Positions 43,508 to 52,748 of a stretch of 64,000 nucleotides of DNA are shown here, in pieces (position 1 is the first letter of the stretch; the number at the start of each line of letters is the position of its first letter). The DNA is from Rhodococcus sp. (in: high G+C Gram-positive bacteria). Lineage in GTDB: Bacteria > Actinomycetota > Actinomycetes > Mycobacteriales > Mycobacteriaceae. The DNA lies in the NCBI GenBank assembly GCA_012514505.1, contig JAAZAD010000185.1, positions 1,367 through 65,366 of the forward strand. Reading direction: 5' to 3'. The translations under genes were made by a program, and so were the position numbers. The notes beneath the pieces are model-generated. The model did not search any database. It was not told the origin of the DNA and was given only the letters and a program-made list of their open reading frames with translations.

Positions 43508-44476
43508 TCAGCCCGCTACCAGTAGCGCGATGACGACGATGATCTGACCGATCACCCAGACGCCCGCTGCCATCTCGGAAACGTCCTTGGCCCGGTACCG
43601 ATCCTTCTGCAGCCAGAAGCGAACGGCGGCGCCGAGCGGAAGCAGCATCGTGATGCCCAGCGCCAGGTACGCCCACCAGGTTCCGGCGCCCACCGACGCG
43701 AGCAATCCGACCTCGAGCAACGTGGCGACGAGAGCGAGCGACACGAGGGTGACGACCGTACCGACCAGGCCGAGCGAGCGAGTCCAGGAGTCGTCGGACT
43801 TGGTGTAATCGACCACCGTGGCGCGCTCGTCCTCCGGGGTACGCGACTTGCGAGCGATCTCGAGAAGCAGTGCTGCGACACACCACAGAACGACGAGCCA
43901 CCACACCTTCGCGGTCACGACGTCGTCTCCGGCGCCCATCTGCGCGATCCACACCGACCCGAAGCCCCAGAACGGAATCACGCTCAATGCGAGGAGAACG
44001 CGGCGCGATTCGAGCCATGCTCCGATGAACGCCCACTTGATCTGGACGAACTGCACCAGGTTGTTCGTGACGAAGATGATGAACCACCACATGGTGACCA
44101 GGCCCAGGCCGCCGTCCATGTAGATCGAAATGGCCACCGACGAGGCGAAGCAGATCAGCGCGATGATCTTGAGATTCGTGAAGGTGATCAGGCCGCGTTG
44201 CAGCACACGGTCGGGGTAGTGCTCGTTGTCGTGTGCCGCGTCTTTGATGTCGTCGATGCACCGGACCATGAGGGTGTAGGCGACGAACGCGACGAAGCCC
44301 GCGAACAGCGGGCCGGTGAACTCGGCTTCACTTCCGACGATGAGCTGCCCGAACAGGAAGGCGGCGAGGAACATCGGAAACTGGCCTGCCACCTGCCACA
44401 GCGGAAACCGCTCGTTGGAGTAGGCCAGCAAGCGCAGCGGGAAAGGCGATTCCTTGGTGAATCGAGTTGCGGTCAC
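43508..44476 (-). CDS. UbiA family prenyltransferase
   Basis: Multi-TM; DDIKDAAHD...PDR.L.RG Asp-rich motif; EIARK.R.PEDE second motif. Confidence 0.8.
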   Translation of the reverse strand: MTATRFTKESPFPLRLLAYSNERFPLWQVAGQFPMFLAAFLFGQLIVGSEAEFTGPLFAGFVAFVAYTLMVRCIDDIKDAAHDNEHYPDRVLQRGLITFTNLKIIALICFASSVAISIYMDGGLGLVTMWWFIIFVTNNLVQFVQIKWAFIGAWLESRRVLLALSVIPFWGFGSVWIAQMGAGDDVVTAKVWWLVVLWCVAALLLEIARKSRTPEDERATVVDYTKSDDSWTRSLGLVGTVVTLVSLALVATLLEVGLLASVGAGTWWAYLALGITMLLPLGAAVRFWLQKDRYRAKDVSEMAAGVWVIGQIIVVIALLVAG

Positions 44477-44952
44477 GACGCGGTTCCTATCGGTGATGGA
44501 GTGGCTGATTCGGACTGTCGGGGCGCGGTCTCGGCGGTGGTCACCGAGCCGCCCGCGCGCTGGTCGGGTGCGCCGGGAACCGGCTGCTGCGGATCCGATC
44601 CGAGTGCGACCATGCGATTGTCGGCGTTCACATGCACCACCCGCGGTTCGTGATCGGCAAGTTCGTCGGCGTCCACCTGCGCGTAGGCGATGATGATCAC
44701 CAGATCGCCCGGATCGACCAGATGTGCAGCGGCGCCGTTGATCCCGATGACACCCGAACCTGCTTCTCCGGTGATCGCATAGGTGGTCAGCCGTGCACCG
44801 TTGGTGATGTCGACGACGTCGACCTGCTCGCCTTCGAGAATGTCGGCGGCACGCATGAGCTCCGAGTCGATCGTGATCGATCCGACGTAGTGCAGATCGG
44901 CGTGAGTCACCGTGGCGCGGTGAATTTTCGAGTGCAGCATCGTGCGGCGCAT
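44473..44952 (-). CDS. panD: Aspartate 1-decarboxylase
   Basis: [23 protein letters not shown]|SITID cleavage site, NGAR..TY.I, INGAAAH. Confidence 0.96.
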   Translation of the reverse strand: MRRTMLHSKIHRATVTHADLHYVGSITIDSELMRAADILEGEQVDVVDITNGARLTTYAITGEAGSGVIGINGAAAHLVDPGDLVIIIAYAQVDADELADHEPRVVHVNADNRMVALGSDPQQPVPGAPDQRAGGSVTTAETAPRQSESATPSPIGTAS

Positions 44953-44971
44953 TATCGAACTTCCTTCATGG

Positions 44972-45742
44972 TCAAGCCACCATTCGTGCAAACGCGAGTG
45001 GGTCATGGGACGAGAAAACGGTGATGTGATCGCGGTGGCGCCGTACGAGGTCGGCGAGACGGTGCATGTTGGCGATCCTCGAAACAGCCAGCTTCGTACT
45101 GGCCACGCCGAACGCAGCACCTGAGAGGAGAAGTCCCGGGAACATGCGGTTCAACTGAATGTCGGCAAGAAACGCGTCGCCGGCATGCAACAGCCACCGG
45201 CCCTCGGACTCGATCGCCACGCCGACGTGTCCGGCAGTGTGGCCGTACAGCGGAACGATGCGAATCTCCGCCGGCAGGCCGGGTACAGGCGCGACTGCCT
45301 CGAACCCGAACCAGTCGTCGCCGCCGGTTTCGTTGATCACCCAGTTCGGGTCGTGCGCCCACTGCACCGGCCGATAGCGGAGCTGATCGATCAGCGAGGG
45401 CGCGGTCGCAGTCCGGTACTCGGGCCCGTGCACATGCACTCTGGCCCACGGAAAATCGGACAGGCCGCCGGCATGGTCGTAGTCCAGGTGCGTCAGAACG
45501 ATGTCCTGCACGTCCTCGGGTGCGTACCCGAGTGCCTTTATCTGCGAGACCGCCGTCTGCGCCGAGTCCAGGCGTGGCCGGACCACGTGTCGCGTCCAGC
45601 CCAGGGTTCTCTCCGGATCGTGGACGTCGTTGGTGCCGAACCCGGTGTCGACGAGCGTCAGCGACGTTCCCGTCTCGACCAGGAGACAGTGCGAAACCAG
45701 GCCGAACGGGAGCGAACCACAGTCGAGGTGATGGACCTTCAT
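44972..45742 (-). CDS. MBL-fold metallo-hydrolase (AHL-lactonase-like)
   Basis: [28 protein letters not shown]. Confidence 0.92.
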   Translation of the reverse strand: MKVHHLDCGSLPFGLVSHCLLVETGTSLTLVDTGFGTNDVHDPERTLGWTRHVVRPRLDSAQTAVSQIKALGYAPEDVQDIVLTHLDYDHAGGLSDFPWARVHVHGPEYRTATAPSLIDQLRYRPVQWAHDPNWVINETGGDDWFGFEAVAPVPGLPAEIRIVPLYGHTAGHVGVAIESEGRWLLHAGDAFLADIQLNRMFPGLLLSGAAFGVASTKLAVSRIANMHRLADLVRRHRDHITVFSSHDPLAFARMVA

Positions 45743-48132
45743 GCGCGTTCGCGCTCGATCTCGTTCAGGCGCTTCGTCGTCGCCACGACTCGTTCGATGA
45801 ACGACAACCGGTGAACGGTGTGCACCATCAGATACAGCGACAACCGCCTGATCGTGAAGTCGGCAATGGCCAGCTGGTAGCCGCGCCGCCACTGCGCGAC
45901 GTCGATGTCGACGCCCGCGGCATCGGCGACCGCCTGGCGATGATGCTCGATGTAGCCGTCGACCTCGGCGGCAGACACGTCCGGCTCGAGCACGAACGCG
46001 AGAAGCTCCACGAGGTCGCGCTGCGGAACGTGCACCGTCGCCAGTTCCCAGTCGTACGCGACCAGGCTCAGTGTGTCGGATTCACCCGGAGTCTGCGCGG
46101 GCATCTGGCGCAATCCGATGTTGCGAGAGTTGAAGTCGTTGTGCACCAGGGTCCGTGGCATGGCGTCGAGCTCCGGCCACCACTGCCCGATGGTGTCGAT
46201 CCTCTGCACCGTTTCGTCCCACCAGATTCCCGAAACCAGCTCCGGGTACTCCTGGCGGTGGTGCTCGAACAGGCCCATCCACAGTTCGGTCATCTCGGCC
46301 ACCCGCGCGGCCTCGGTCGGAGGGCCCATCCAGGGTTGAGCGACCAGCTCGTCGTAGTTGTCGTACCAGTGGCCGTGCGCAATGGCGATTCCGCTCAGGG
46401 CGGTGCGAATGTGGGCGGGAGTCCAGTCCTGCGGCCGATTGCCCGAATCCTTGAGAATCACATCGTCGCCGAGGCGCTCGAGCAACAACACGAACGCTTC
46501 CCGGTCGGGTGCCTCGTAGATGCCCGGGCACTTCGGCATGATCGCTGCCAGCGGTCCCGGATTCCGGTACAGCTCCAGCTCGCGCATGTGCGTGCCGAGG
46601 AAGCCGCTGGCATCGCTCCCCCGTGACCATGCCTCGGCCAGACGACCTCCGGCCAAGGACACCAACCGGTGTGCGGCGAGAACTACTTCACCGTCGACCG
46701 GCTTGGCCTTCACCATGAGTTCCAACGGCTCCGCGTCGCCACCGAGATGCACGTCGACGGGAAGCACACCGACGAGCTTCTGGGTGCTCACCCGATGAGT
46801 GAGCTCGCTGATCACGCTGGATGCCGTGGCATTGCCGATCACCTTGACCGACTCGACGGTGCGGGTGGGCTCGAGGGGCGCTCGGGCGGCCAGCGTGCCC
46901 TCGAAGAACTCCGGTGTCAGATCGACTTCGGTGAACCACTGCACCGGCCGGTTACGGCCCAACCGCTCGTGTGCGGTGGCGAACTGACCGCCGATGACGG
47001 CGGACAGCGTGGACAAGTCCAGCGCCAGTGCGTAGCCGGCAATGATCTCGGCAAGTCGTTGCGCGTTTCCGGTGCCACTGCAGCCGAGCATGTCCAGGTA
47101 GTCGGCCTGCTGAGGAAGATTGGTGCCGCCGCCGACCGTACCCAGCGCAAGAGCCGGAAGCAGCAAAGATGCGTAGATGCCGTCACCGTCGGCCTCGATG
47201 TTCAGGATGCCCGCACTGGACTCGTGGACACACGCGATGTCCTGGCCAGTGGCGGCGAACACTGCAGCAATCGCGTTGGCCACGTTGATATTCGGTGATA
47301 TTCCACCGCTGAGGGCGGTGCCGACGACATTGATCGTGTAGGCGCGGACCATGTCTTCCGGGGTGACCTTCAGGACCTTCTCGAGGGTCTGTCCATCGAT
47401 CCAGCATTCCGCGGTCACACGCATACCGCGCCCGTTGATCAGCGAACGCTGACTGATCTTCTTGTCTCCGGCGGTGTTGCCTTCCACGCAGAACGAGCGG
47501 AGGTTGATGTCCGGGTGTTCGGCGAGTTGCTTCTCGATCCACAAGCAGGCACGCCACGTGCAGGCCGTCGTCATGTTCTGACCCGACGCGTCACCGGTCT
47601 CGTACTCGAAGACGAGGTCCACGCTGCGCCCGATCTGCACGGGCTTGATGGCTACCAGGCGGGCGTGCTGGGAAACGTCGGAGATCTCCTCCGACAGTGC
47701 TGCGCGCTGACCGGTCGCCCACTCGGCGAAGCTGTGCGCACTCACGACGTCTTCGAGGTCGAATCGCGGGGATCGGACCATTCGCTGCCCGAGCACGCGG
47801 GTGGCGATACCTCCGGAACGGGACACGGCGTGCGCTCCACGTGTCGCGGAGGCCACGAGGGCGCCTTCGGTGGTGGCGAACGGTGCGCTGATCCATCCCG
47901 TGGCGTGCTCACCGCGAAACAGGAGCGGACCGGCGAGGCCGACGGGGATGGCCACACTGCCGATCAGGTTCTCGATGTTCCCGACGAGCCGGGTCGCGTC
48001 GAGGTCGAACCTGTCCAGTGAGCCCAGCTGACGTCCCGTCTGCTCACGAATCCACGCCAGGCGTCGTGTGCGCGCGACCTCGGTCTCATGGCCACGATCT
48101 GGCACTCGGGGCAAATCGGTCGTTTCGGACAC
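45739..48132 (-). CDS. Class I HMG-CoA reductase-like domain fused to an APH/choline-kinase-like phosphotransferase
   Basis: ENLIG, PFATTEGALVAS, DASGQNM, GN..GDKK, TGQD, GTVGGGT, AHERLGR; C-terminal LVHNDFNSRNI and YDWE; GTG 48132 after AAAGGA. Confidence 0.88.
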   Translation of the reverse strand: MSETTDLPRVPDRGHETEVARTRRLAWIREQTGRQLGSLDRFDLDATRLVGNIENLIGSVAIPVGLAGPLLFRGEHATGWISAPFATTEGALVASATRGAHAVSRSGGIATRVLGQRMVRSPRFDLEDVVSAHSFAEWATGQRAALSEEISDVSQHARLVAIKPVQIGRSVDLVFEYETGDASGQNMTTACTWRACLWIEKQLAEHPDINLRSFCVEGNTAGDKKISQRSLINGRGMRVTAECWIDGQTLEKVLKVTPEDMVRAYTINVVGTALSGGISPNINVANAIAAVFAATGQDIACVHESSAGILNIEADGDGIYASLLLPALALGTVGGGTNLPQQADYLDMLGCSGTGNAQRLAEIIAGYALALDLSTLSAVIGGQFATAHERLGRNRPVQWFTEVDLTPEFFEGTLAARAPLEPTRTVESVKVIGNATASSVISELTHRVSTQKLVGVLPVDVHLGGDAEPLELMVKAKPVDGEVVLAAHRLVSLAGGRLAEAWSRGSDASGFLGTHMRELELYRNPGPLAAIMPKCPGIYEAPDREAFVLLLERLGDDVILKDSGNRPQDWTPAHIRTALSGIAIAHGHWYDNYDELVAQPWMGPPTEAARVAEMTELWMGLFEHHRQEYPELVSGIWWDETVQRIDTIGQWWPELDAMPRTLVHNDFNSRNIGLRQMPAQTPGESDTLSLVAYDWELATVHVPQRDLVELLAFVLEPDVSAAEVDGYIEHHRQAVADAAGVDIDVAQWRRGYQLAIADFTIRRLSLYLMVHTVHRLSFIERVVATTKRLNEIERERA

Positions 48133-48244
48133 GGATGATCCTTTGGTTCTCGAATTAGTACAGGGTGTCGCCATCTGCGACCAGCCGCAGCGCCTGGATG
48201 TCCTCATTGACAGCGAGCTCGCCCCTCACCGAGATCAATAGCTA

Positions 48245-48295
48245 CGGTAACGTAACTTACCGGCGGGTAAATAGGCTGCGGTAACTATAACTTTT
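48245..48295. promoter_or_regulatory. AT-rich putative operator/promoter region with TTACC-N4-GGTAA palindrome and GGTAAC repeats
   Basis: cggtaacgtaacttaccggcgggtaaataggctgcggtaactataac upstream of the biosynthetic operon. Confidence 0.5.
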
Positions 48296-48545
48296 TGATC
48301 ACCACGACTCAAGGCCTCGGACGATGGGCTGCATCACGTACGCCCACCGAAGCCCGATCGACTCTGACGGAGCCGAGAGGCGACGGCTGTCGACGAAGAC
48401 GGGCCAACGGGTAGCCTTCGTTGGATGGATGCGGTGAAGATCGACACGATCGAGCATTACCGCGATGTGGAGACCACAGCAGTGATGCTCGGCTGACGTC
48501 TGCCCGCTCTTGCTTTGTGATGTGCCATTCGAGAGGAGCAGAGAG

Positions 48546-49793
48546 TTGCCGGAATCGAAGCCCGAATCGAAAACCAAAGATTCCGAGAAGGGGTACGTAG
48601 CCCTTCTCGGTTGGAGCCTGAACGCCGTCGAGGCGATCGACCGCTTCGACAGGCGTTATCTCGTCGTAGCGCCTGACTGGGCCGAGGAGTACTGCAAGGA
48701 ACACGGCATTCCTTATGTGCCATGGAACTTCGAGCGGCTCAACGATCGGTCCATGGAGATCGCGGAAACCCTGAAAGAAAAGGGTGTCGACGTCGCGATT
48801 CCGCTGTTCGAGGAGACGGTCGAATGGGCGGGTGCCATCAACTCCGTCCTCCTCGACAACCCTCGGCTCTTCGGCCAGTCGCTACTGCTGCGCGACAAGG
48901 CGCTCATGAAGCGGCGTGCGCAGCTCGGTGGCATCCGAGTCGGCATCTTCGAGGAAGCGCATGAACGCGACGACATCATTCGCTTTCTCAAGCGTGTGAA
49001 TCAGACTCTGCTCAAGCTGGACGGCGACCCGAACGATCCAATCCACCTCAAGGCCTTCGACAAGGCCGGTTGCCTCGGCCACCGGGTGATCCGCACTCCC
49101 GACGAGGTGGACACCATTCCCGACGAGGAATTTCCCGTCCTCATGGAGTCCCATCTCGACGGCTGGGAGTTCGCGGTCGAGGCCTGGATTCACAACGGAA
49201 AGATCCGTTTCCTCAACATCTCCGAGTACGTGACCCTCGGCTACTCCGTGTTCGTGCCCGCAACACCGGAACTGGAGAAGTACCGACCGGAAATCACGCG
49301 GCAGATCGAGAAGCTGATCAAGACCTTCGACATCGACTTCGGATTCGTGCATCCGGAGTACTTCGTCACGAGCGATGGCGAAATGTACTTCGGTGAGGTC
49401 GCGTACCGTCCGCCGGGTTTCAAGGTGTTCGAATTGCTCGAGCGCGCGTACGGATTCAACGCCTATCAGGGACTCGTGCTGGCGTTCGACCCGAAGACGA
49501 CCGAGGAAGAAATCGAAGCATTCTTCCCGGAAGAGGTCGTGGACGCCAAGGGTCACGCGGGATGCTTCGGCGTCTACCCGCGTCGGCGCGTCGTCAGCGA
49601 GCTGGAGATGCCGGAAGAGACCGAGGACCACGAGTACTTCGAATCCCACGAGCTCACAGCACCTTTGGAGGAAACCGTCACGAAGCGAACCGCCTTCGGT
49701 ACTCACTGGGGTTTACTCTACTTCTTCGGTGACGACCCCTACGTGATGCGTGATCTCTTGAAACAACAGGAAGAACTCGACTTCTACGTCTAG
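48546..49793 (+). CDS. ATP-grasp carboxylate-amine ligase
   Basis: RDKALMK, LKAFDKAG..G, ESHLDG.EF.VE, HPEYF, GEVAYRPPG; TTG start after GAGGAG. Confidence 0.88.
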   Translation: MPESKPESKTKDSEKGYVALLGWSLNAVEAIDRFDRRYLVVAPDWAEEYCKEHGIPYVPWNFERLNDRSMEIAETLKEKGVDVAIPLFEETVEWAGAINSVLLDNPRLFGQSLLLRDKALMKRRAQLGGIRVGIFEEAHERDDIIRFLKRVNQTLLKLDGDPNDPIHLKAFDKAGCLGHRVIRTPDEVDTIPDEEFPVLMESHLDGWEFAVEAWIHNGKIRFLNISEYVTLGYSVFVPATPELEKYRPEITRQIEKLIKTFDIDFGFVHPEYFVTSDGEMYFGEVAYRPPGFKVFELLERAYGFNAYQGLVLAFDPKTTEEEIEAFFPEEVVDAKGHAGCFGVYPRRRVVSELEMPEETEDHEYFESHELTAPLEETVTKRTAFGTHWGLLYFFGDDPYVMRDLLKQQEELDFYV

Positions 49794-49826
49794 CGACCAG
49801 GTCGGTTCATACGTGAGGATCCCCGG

Positions 49827-51851
49827 TTGATCAGCAGCGACACCAACAACAGCGACACGGACAGTACTACCCGAGTGCTGGACAAACGTCTGGCCGGCCT
49901 CGACGACGCCACCCAATCGCTGGCCGCGGCAAGCGATTTCGGTAAGCAGCTCAAATTGCGGCCGGTCCTGGACGCGCTGCGGCTCGTTCTGTTGCAGCCG
50001 GGTGGGGCGGCCGCGATTCGATCGCGGGTGAAAGAGGTGGAAGCAGCCGGTCTGTTCGAGGGGACCGACTGGGCGACACCACAAATCCTCATCCCCTCCC
50101 TGAGCACGGGCGCGCTGCGTAGTCCCAATGCGGACACGGTGGTGCTGGAGGCCGTCAGCGAGCTTCGCCTGCTGGCGGTCGCCAAGGGCGAGTTCGCACA
50201 CGAGTTGATCTCGGCGGACGATGCCGGCCACCACCTGTCTCAGGTTCTCGCCATCAACATGTCCCTGTTGTTCACGGCGCCGAGCGAGGCGGAGCGTGAA
50301 CAACAGGGACGGATGGCGCAGGTGACCCGGTCGCTCTTCCGCTATCTCGGTGAGAGCGTCGGATACGAGAACATCCTCGACAACCTCATCGAGGAGATCT
50401 GGCGCATTCTTCGACAGCGTCCGATCCAGGTCGATCAGGTCAAGCGGATGATCACACAGATCTCGATCTACCGAAGCGACCCGGACGTCGACCTCGGCTC
50501 CAGTGGGGTCGGCGCGGACCGTCTGATCAGCAGCTTGTACGGAACCACCGACGCCTGCCGCGAGGACCCCGGTGTCGACGTCTATCTCAGCCGCCTCGAA
50601 GCGATGGACGAAAGCGGATTACAGTACGAGGCAGCAGGTTTCGCACGCGCGATGCACGACACCGGGCTGGTTTCTCCGTACCACGCTGTGCTGCTGCGGC
50701 ATCTGCGGGAAAAGGGCGAATACCTCTATCTCGTCGGGGAGGCTCTCGGACTCTCGAGCACCGGGCGTGATTGTCTGCTGCGCTACCACGATCTGGTGCG
50801 GAGTCTCATCGAGGAAGCCGTCCACGTGGAGACCGCGCAGTGCATCTACGGCCTCGCCCTGATGCTCGAGCGCGGCATTCTCTATCAGCCGCCGGTGGCC
50901 CCCTCCATGTGGCGCCAGCTCGCACAGCCCTTGTCCGATTACTCACGGGGGCGCTTGACCGAAGCATTCGGACCCAACCCAGGCCCGCGCGCCTGGTTGT
51001 TGTCGGGGTTGCTGTCCGTATTGGGCCAGCCGCTCGGTATCGGCCAGGGCGACAACCCCACGTGTCAATCCGCGCGGGCTCTGTCGATGTGGTCCTACAA
51101 CGATCCCGACTATCTGATGCAGACTCTCGTCTGGGCGGCCCGAGACGACGAAATCGTCATGCACTTCGAAGGGCTGCCCATTTCGTCCAACGAGAGCGAA
51201 TCGGGTGTGGCTGTCACCCCGCCGATCGGCCTCGACCCGGTTTCGTTGCTGGTCGTACCGCACCTCGACCGCATTTACGCGGAAATGGGGCGGCGGTGCG
51301 TCGGCCGCGAAGGCGACCCGCATCGGTGGGTCAACCCGGAGTTCCACGGCTGGTGGTCGGGGCGCGGATTCCGCATCAACGTCGACGTGCCGACCGGAAA
51401 CCTCACGGACCTCGAAGAGTTCCTGCGGCACTTCTACGCCAGTTACCACCCGCATTACAACGGCAACCAGCCGCTGATCCACCCCCAGCCCGCCGGCGTC
51501 GCAGTCACCGACAGCGCGGCCCGGTTCGTCGGCTGGCATGCGATCACCGTCCTGCGGGTGAGCCTCGACCCGCAAGAAGAGATGCGGGTGTACTTCTACA
51601 ACCCCAATAACGACAGCGGGCAGGACTGGGGCGACGGCGTCGTCGTCAGCACGGCCGGCTGCGGTGAACGTTTCGGAGAGGCGTCGCTGCCGTTCGAGCA
51701 GTTCGCGTCACGGCTGTACATCTTCCACTTCGACCCCCTCGAGCCGGGCGAGCTCGCACGGGTGACCCGTGACGAACTCGATCGCGTGACGGGCTACATC
51801 CAGCGCAGTTGGGGGGCCGACCGGATGGGCGAGCGCCCTGTGAGTGGTTGA
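49827..51851 (+). CDS. Hypothetical protein with a putative C-terminal papain-like (Cys-His-Asn) domain
   Basis: 674-aa ORF following the ATP-grasp gene; QGDNPTC, WHAITV, FYNPN. Confidence 0.75.
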   Translation: MISSDTNNSDTDSTTRVLDKRLAGLDDATQSLAAASDFGKQLKLRPVLDALRLVLLQPGGAAAIRSRVKEVEAAGLFEGTDWATPQILIPSLSTGALRSPNADTVVLEAVSELRLLAVAKGEFAHELISADDAGHHLSQVLAINMSLLFTAPSEAEREQQGRMAQVTRSLFRYLGESVGYENILDNLIEEIWRILRQRPIQVDQVKRMITQISIYRSDPDVDLGSSGVGADRLISSLYGTTDACREDPGVDVYLSRLEAMDESGLQYEAAGFARAMHDTGLVSPYHAVLLRHLREKGEYLYLVGEALGLSSTGRDCLLRYHDLVRSLIEEAVHVETAQCIYGLALMLERGILYQPPVAPSMWRQLAQPLSDYSRGRLTEAFGPNPGPRAWLLSGLLSVLGQPLGIGQGDNPTCQSARALSMWSYNDPDYLMQTLVWAARDDEIVMHFEGLPISSNESESGVAVTPPIGLDPVSLLVVPHLDRIYAEMGRRCVGREGDPHRWVNPEFHGWWSGRGFRINVDVPTGNLTDLEEFLRHFYASYHPHYNGNQPLIHPQPAGVAVTDSAARFVGWHAITVLRVSLDPQEEMRVYFYNPNNDSGQDWGDGVVVSTAGCGERFGEASLPFEQFASRLYIFHFDPLEPGELARVTRDELDRVTGYIQRSWGADRMGERPVSG

Positions 51852-51884
51852 CGAGTCCCTGGACTCGTTGAGCACGCACAGGGC
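51835..51884. repeat. REP-like palindromic element, copy 2
   Basis: gccctgtgagtggttgacgagtcc-ct-ggactcgttgagcacgcacagggc. Confidence 0.85.
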
Positions 51885-51908
51885 CTGGTCAGTCCGTAGC
51901 GTGAGGGC

Positions 51909-52748
51909 ATGGACTACGCCGCTGACCAGGCCCCCCACCACGGCAACCACCACGGGGTGGCCGACCTGCTCGACCTCGACGCCGAGGTGCTGCAGGCGTT
52001 CATCGACGAGGTGATCGATTGGGTGGCTCCGTTGTCCGGCAGTCCTCGCGCAATTGTGGACCTCGGATCGGGAACGGGTACTTGGACGGTCGCCCTCGCC
52101 CAACACTTCGCGGACGCGACAGTGACCGCAGTCGACGTCTCGGAGAGCATGCTGGGCCGAACCCGCATCAAAGCAGACGAACGCGGCGTCGGCGATCGGG
52201 TCCATACCGTCCTGGCCGACCTCGAGACCGGGCTTCTCGACATCCACGCCGACATGTTCTTGGCAGCCCTGTCCCTGCACGAGGTGACCGAGAAGGATCA
52301 GGTGCTGCGCGACGTGCTCACGGCGACTCGACCCGGCGGGATATTCGTCGTCATCGAAATGAAGGCACCTCCCACCTTCCTTCCCGAGGACATCGGCGTA
52401 GGCCGCCCGGGTCTCGAACTCCGTATTCGCGAGGCAGTGGAGGCCGCACGACGAGGCGTTCCGTTGCACCCCGACTGGGGTCCGCGACTGGAATCGGCCG
52501 GATTCGAATCCGTCGGAGAACGATCCTTCGAGATCGACCCCGCGCCGCCGTATCCGGAATCCGTTGCCCGATATGCCGATACCTACCTACGCCGCGTTCG
52601 GCCCGAACTTGCCGACACGTTGGACGCAGACGATCTGGACGCTCTCGACGGACTATTGGCAGACGGACCCCACGGCCTGCGACACCGCAACGATTTCGTG
52701 GTTCGCGGTTCCAGAACGGTCTGGGTGGCGCGACACCCGAATGCGTAG
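51909..52748 (+). CDS. Class I SAM-dependent methyltransferase
   Basis: IVDLGSGTG, AVDVS..ML, RPGG..VVIE. Confidence 0.9.
   Translation: MDYAADQAPHHGNHHGVADLLDLDAEVLQAFIDEVIDWVAPLSGSPRAIVDLGSGTGTWTVALAQHFADATVTAVDVSESMLGRTRIKADERGVGDRVHTVLADLETGLLDIHADMFLAALSLHEVTEKDQVLRDVLTATRPGGIFVVIEMKAPPTFLPEDIGVGRPGLELRIREAVEAARRGVPLHPDWGPRLESAGFESVGERSFEIDPAPPYPESVARYADTYLRRVRPELADTLDADDLDALDGLLADGPHGLRHRNDFVVRGSRTVWVARHPNA

Noticed and set aside
48278-48291. gcggtaactataac resembles part of the 23S rRNA I-CeuI site
   Set aside because: The match is short and does not continue (no ggtcctaagg); no rRNA context
48299-48723. Short minus-strand ORFs upstream of the HMGR fusion as a precursor or leader peptide
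   Set aside because: They overlap the ATP-grasp gene antisense and show no convincing RBS or precursor pattern
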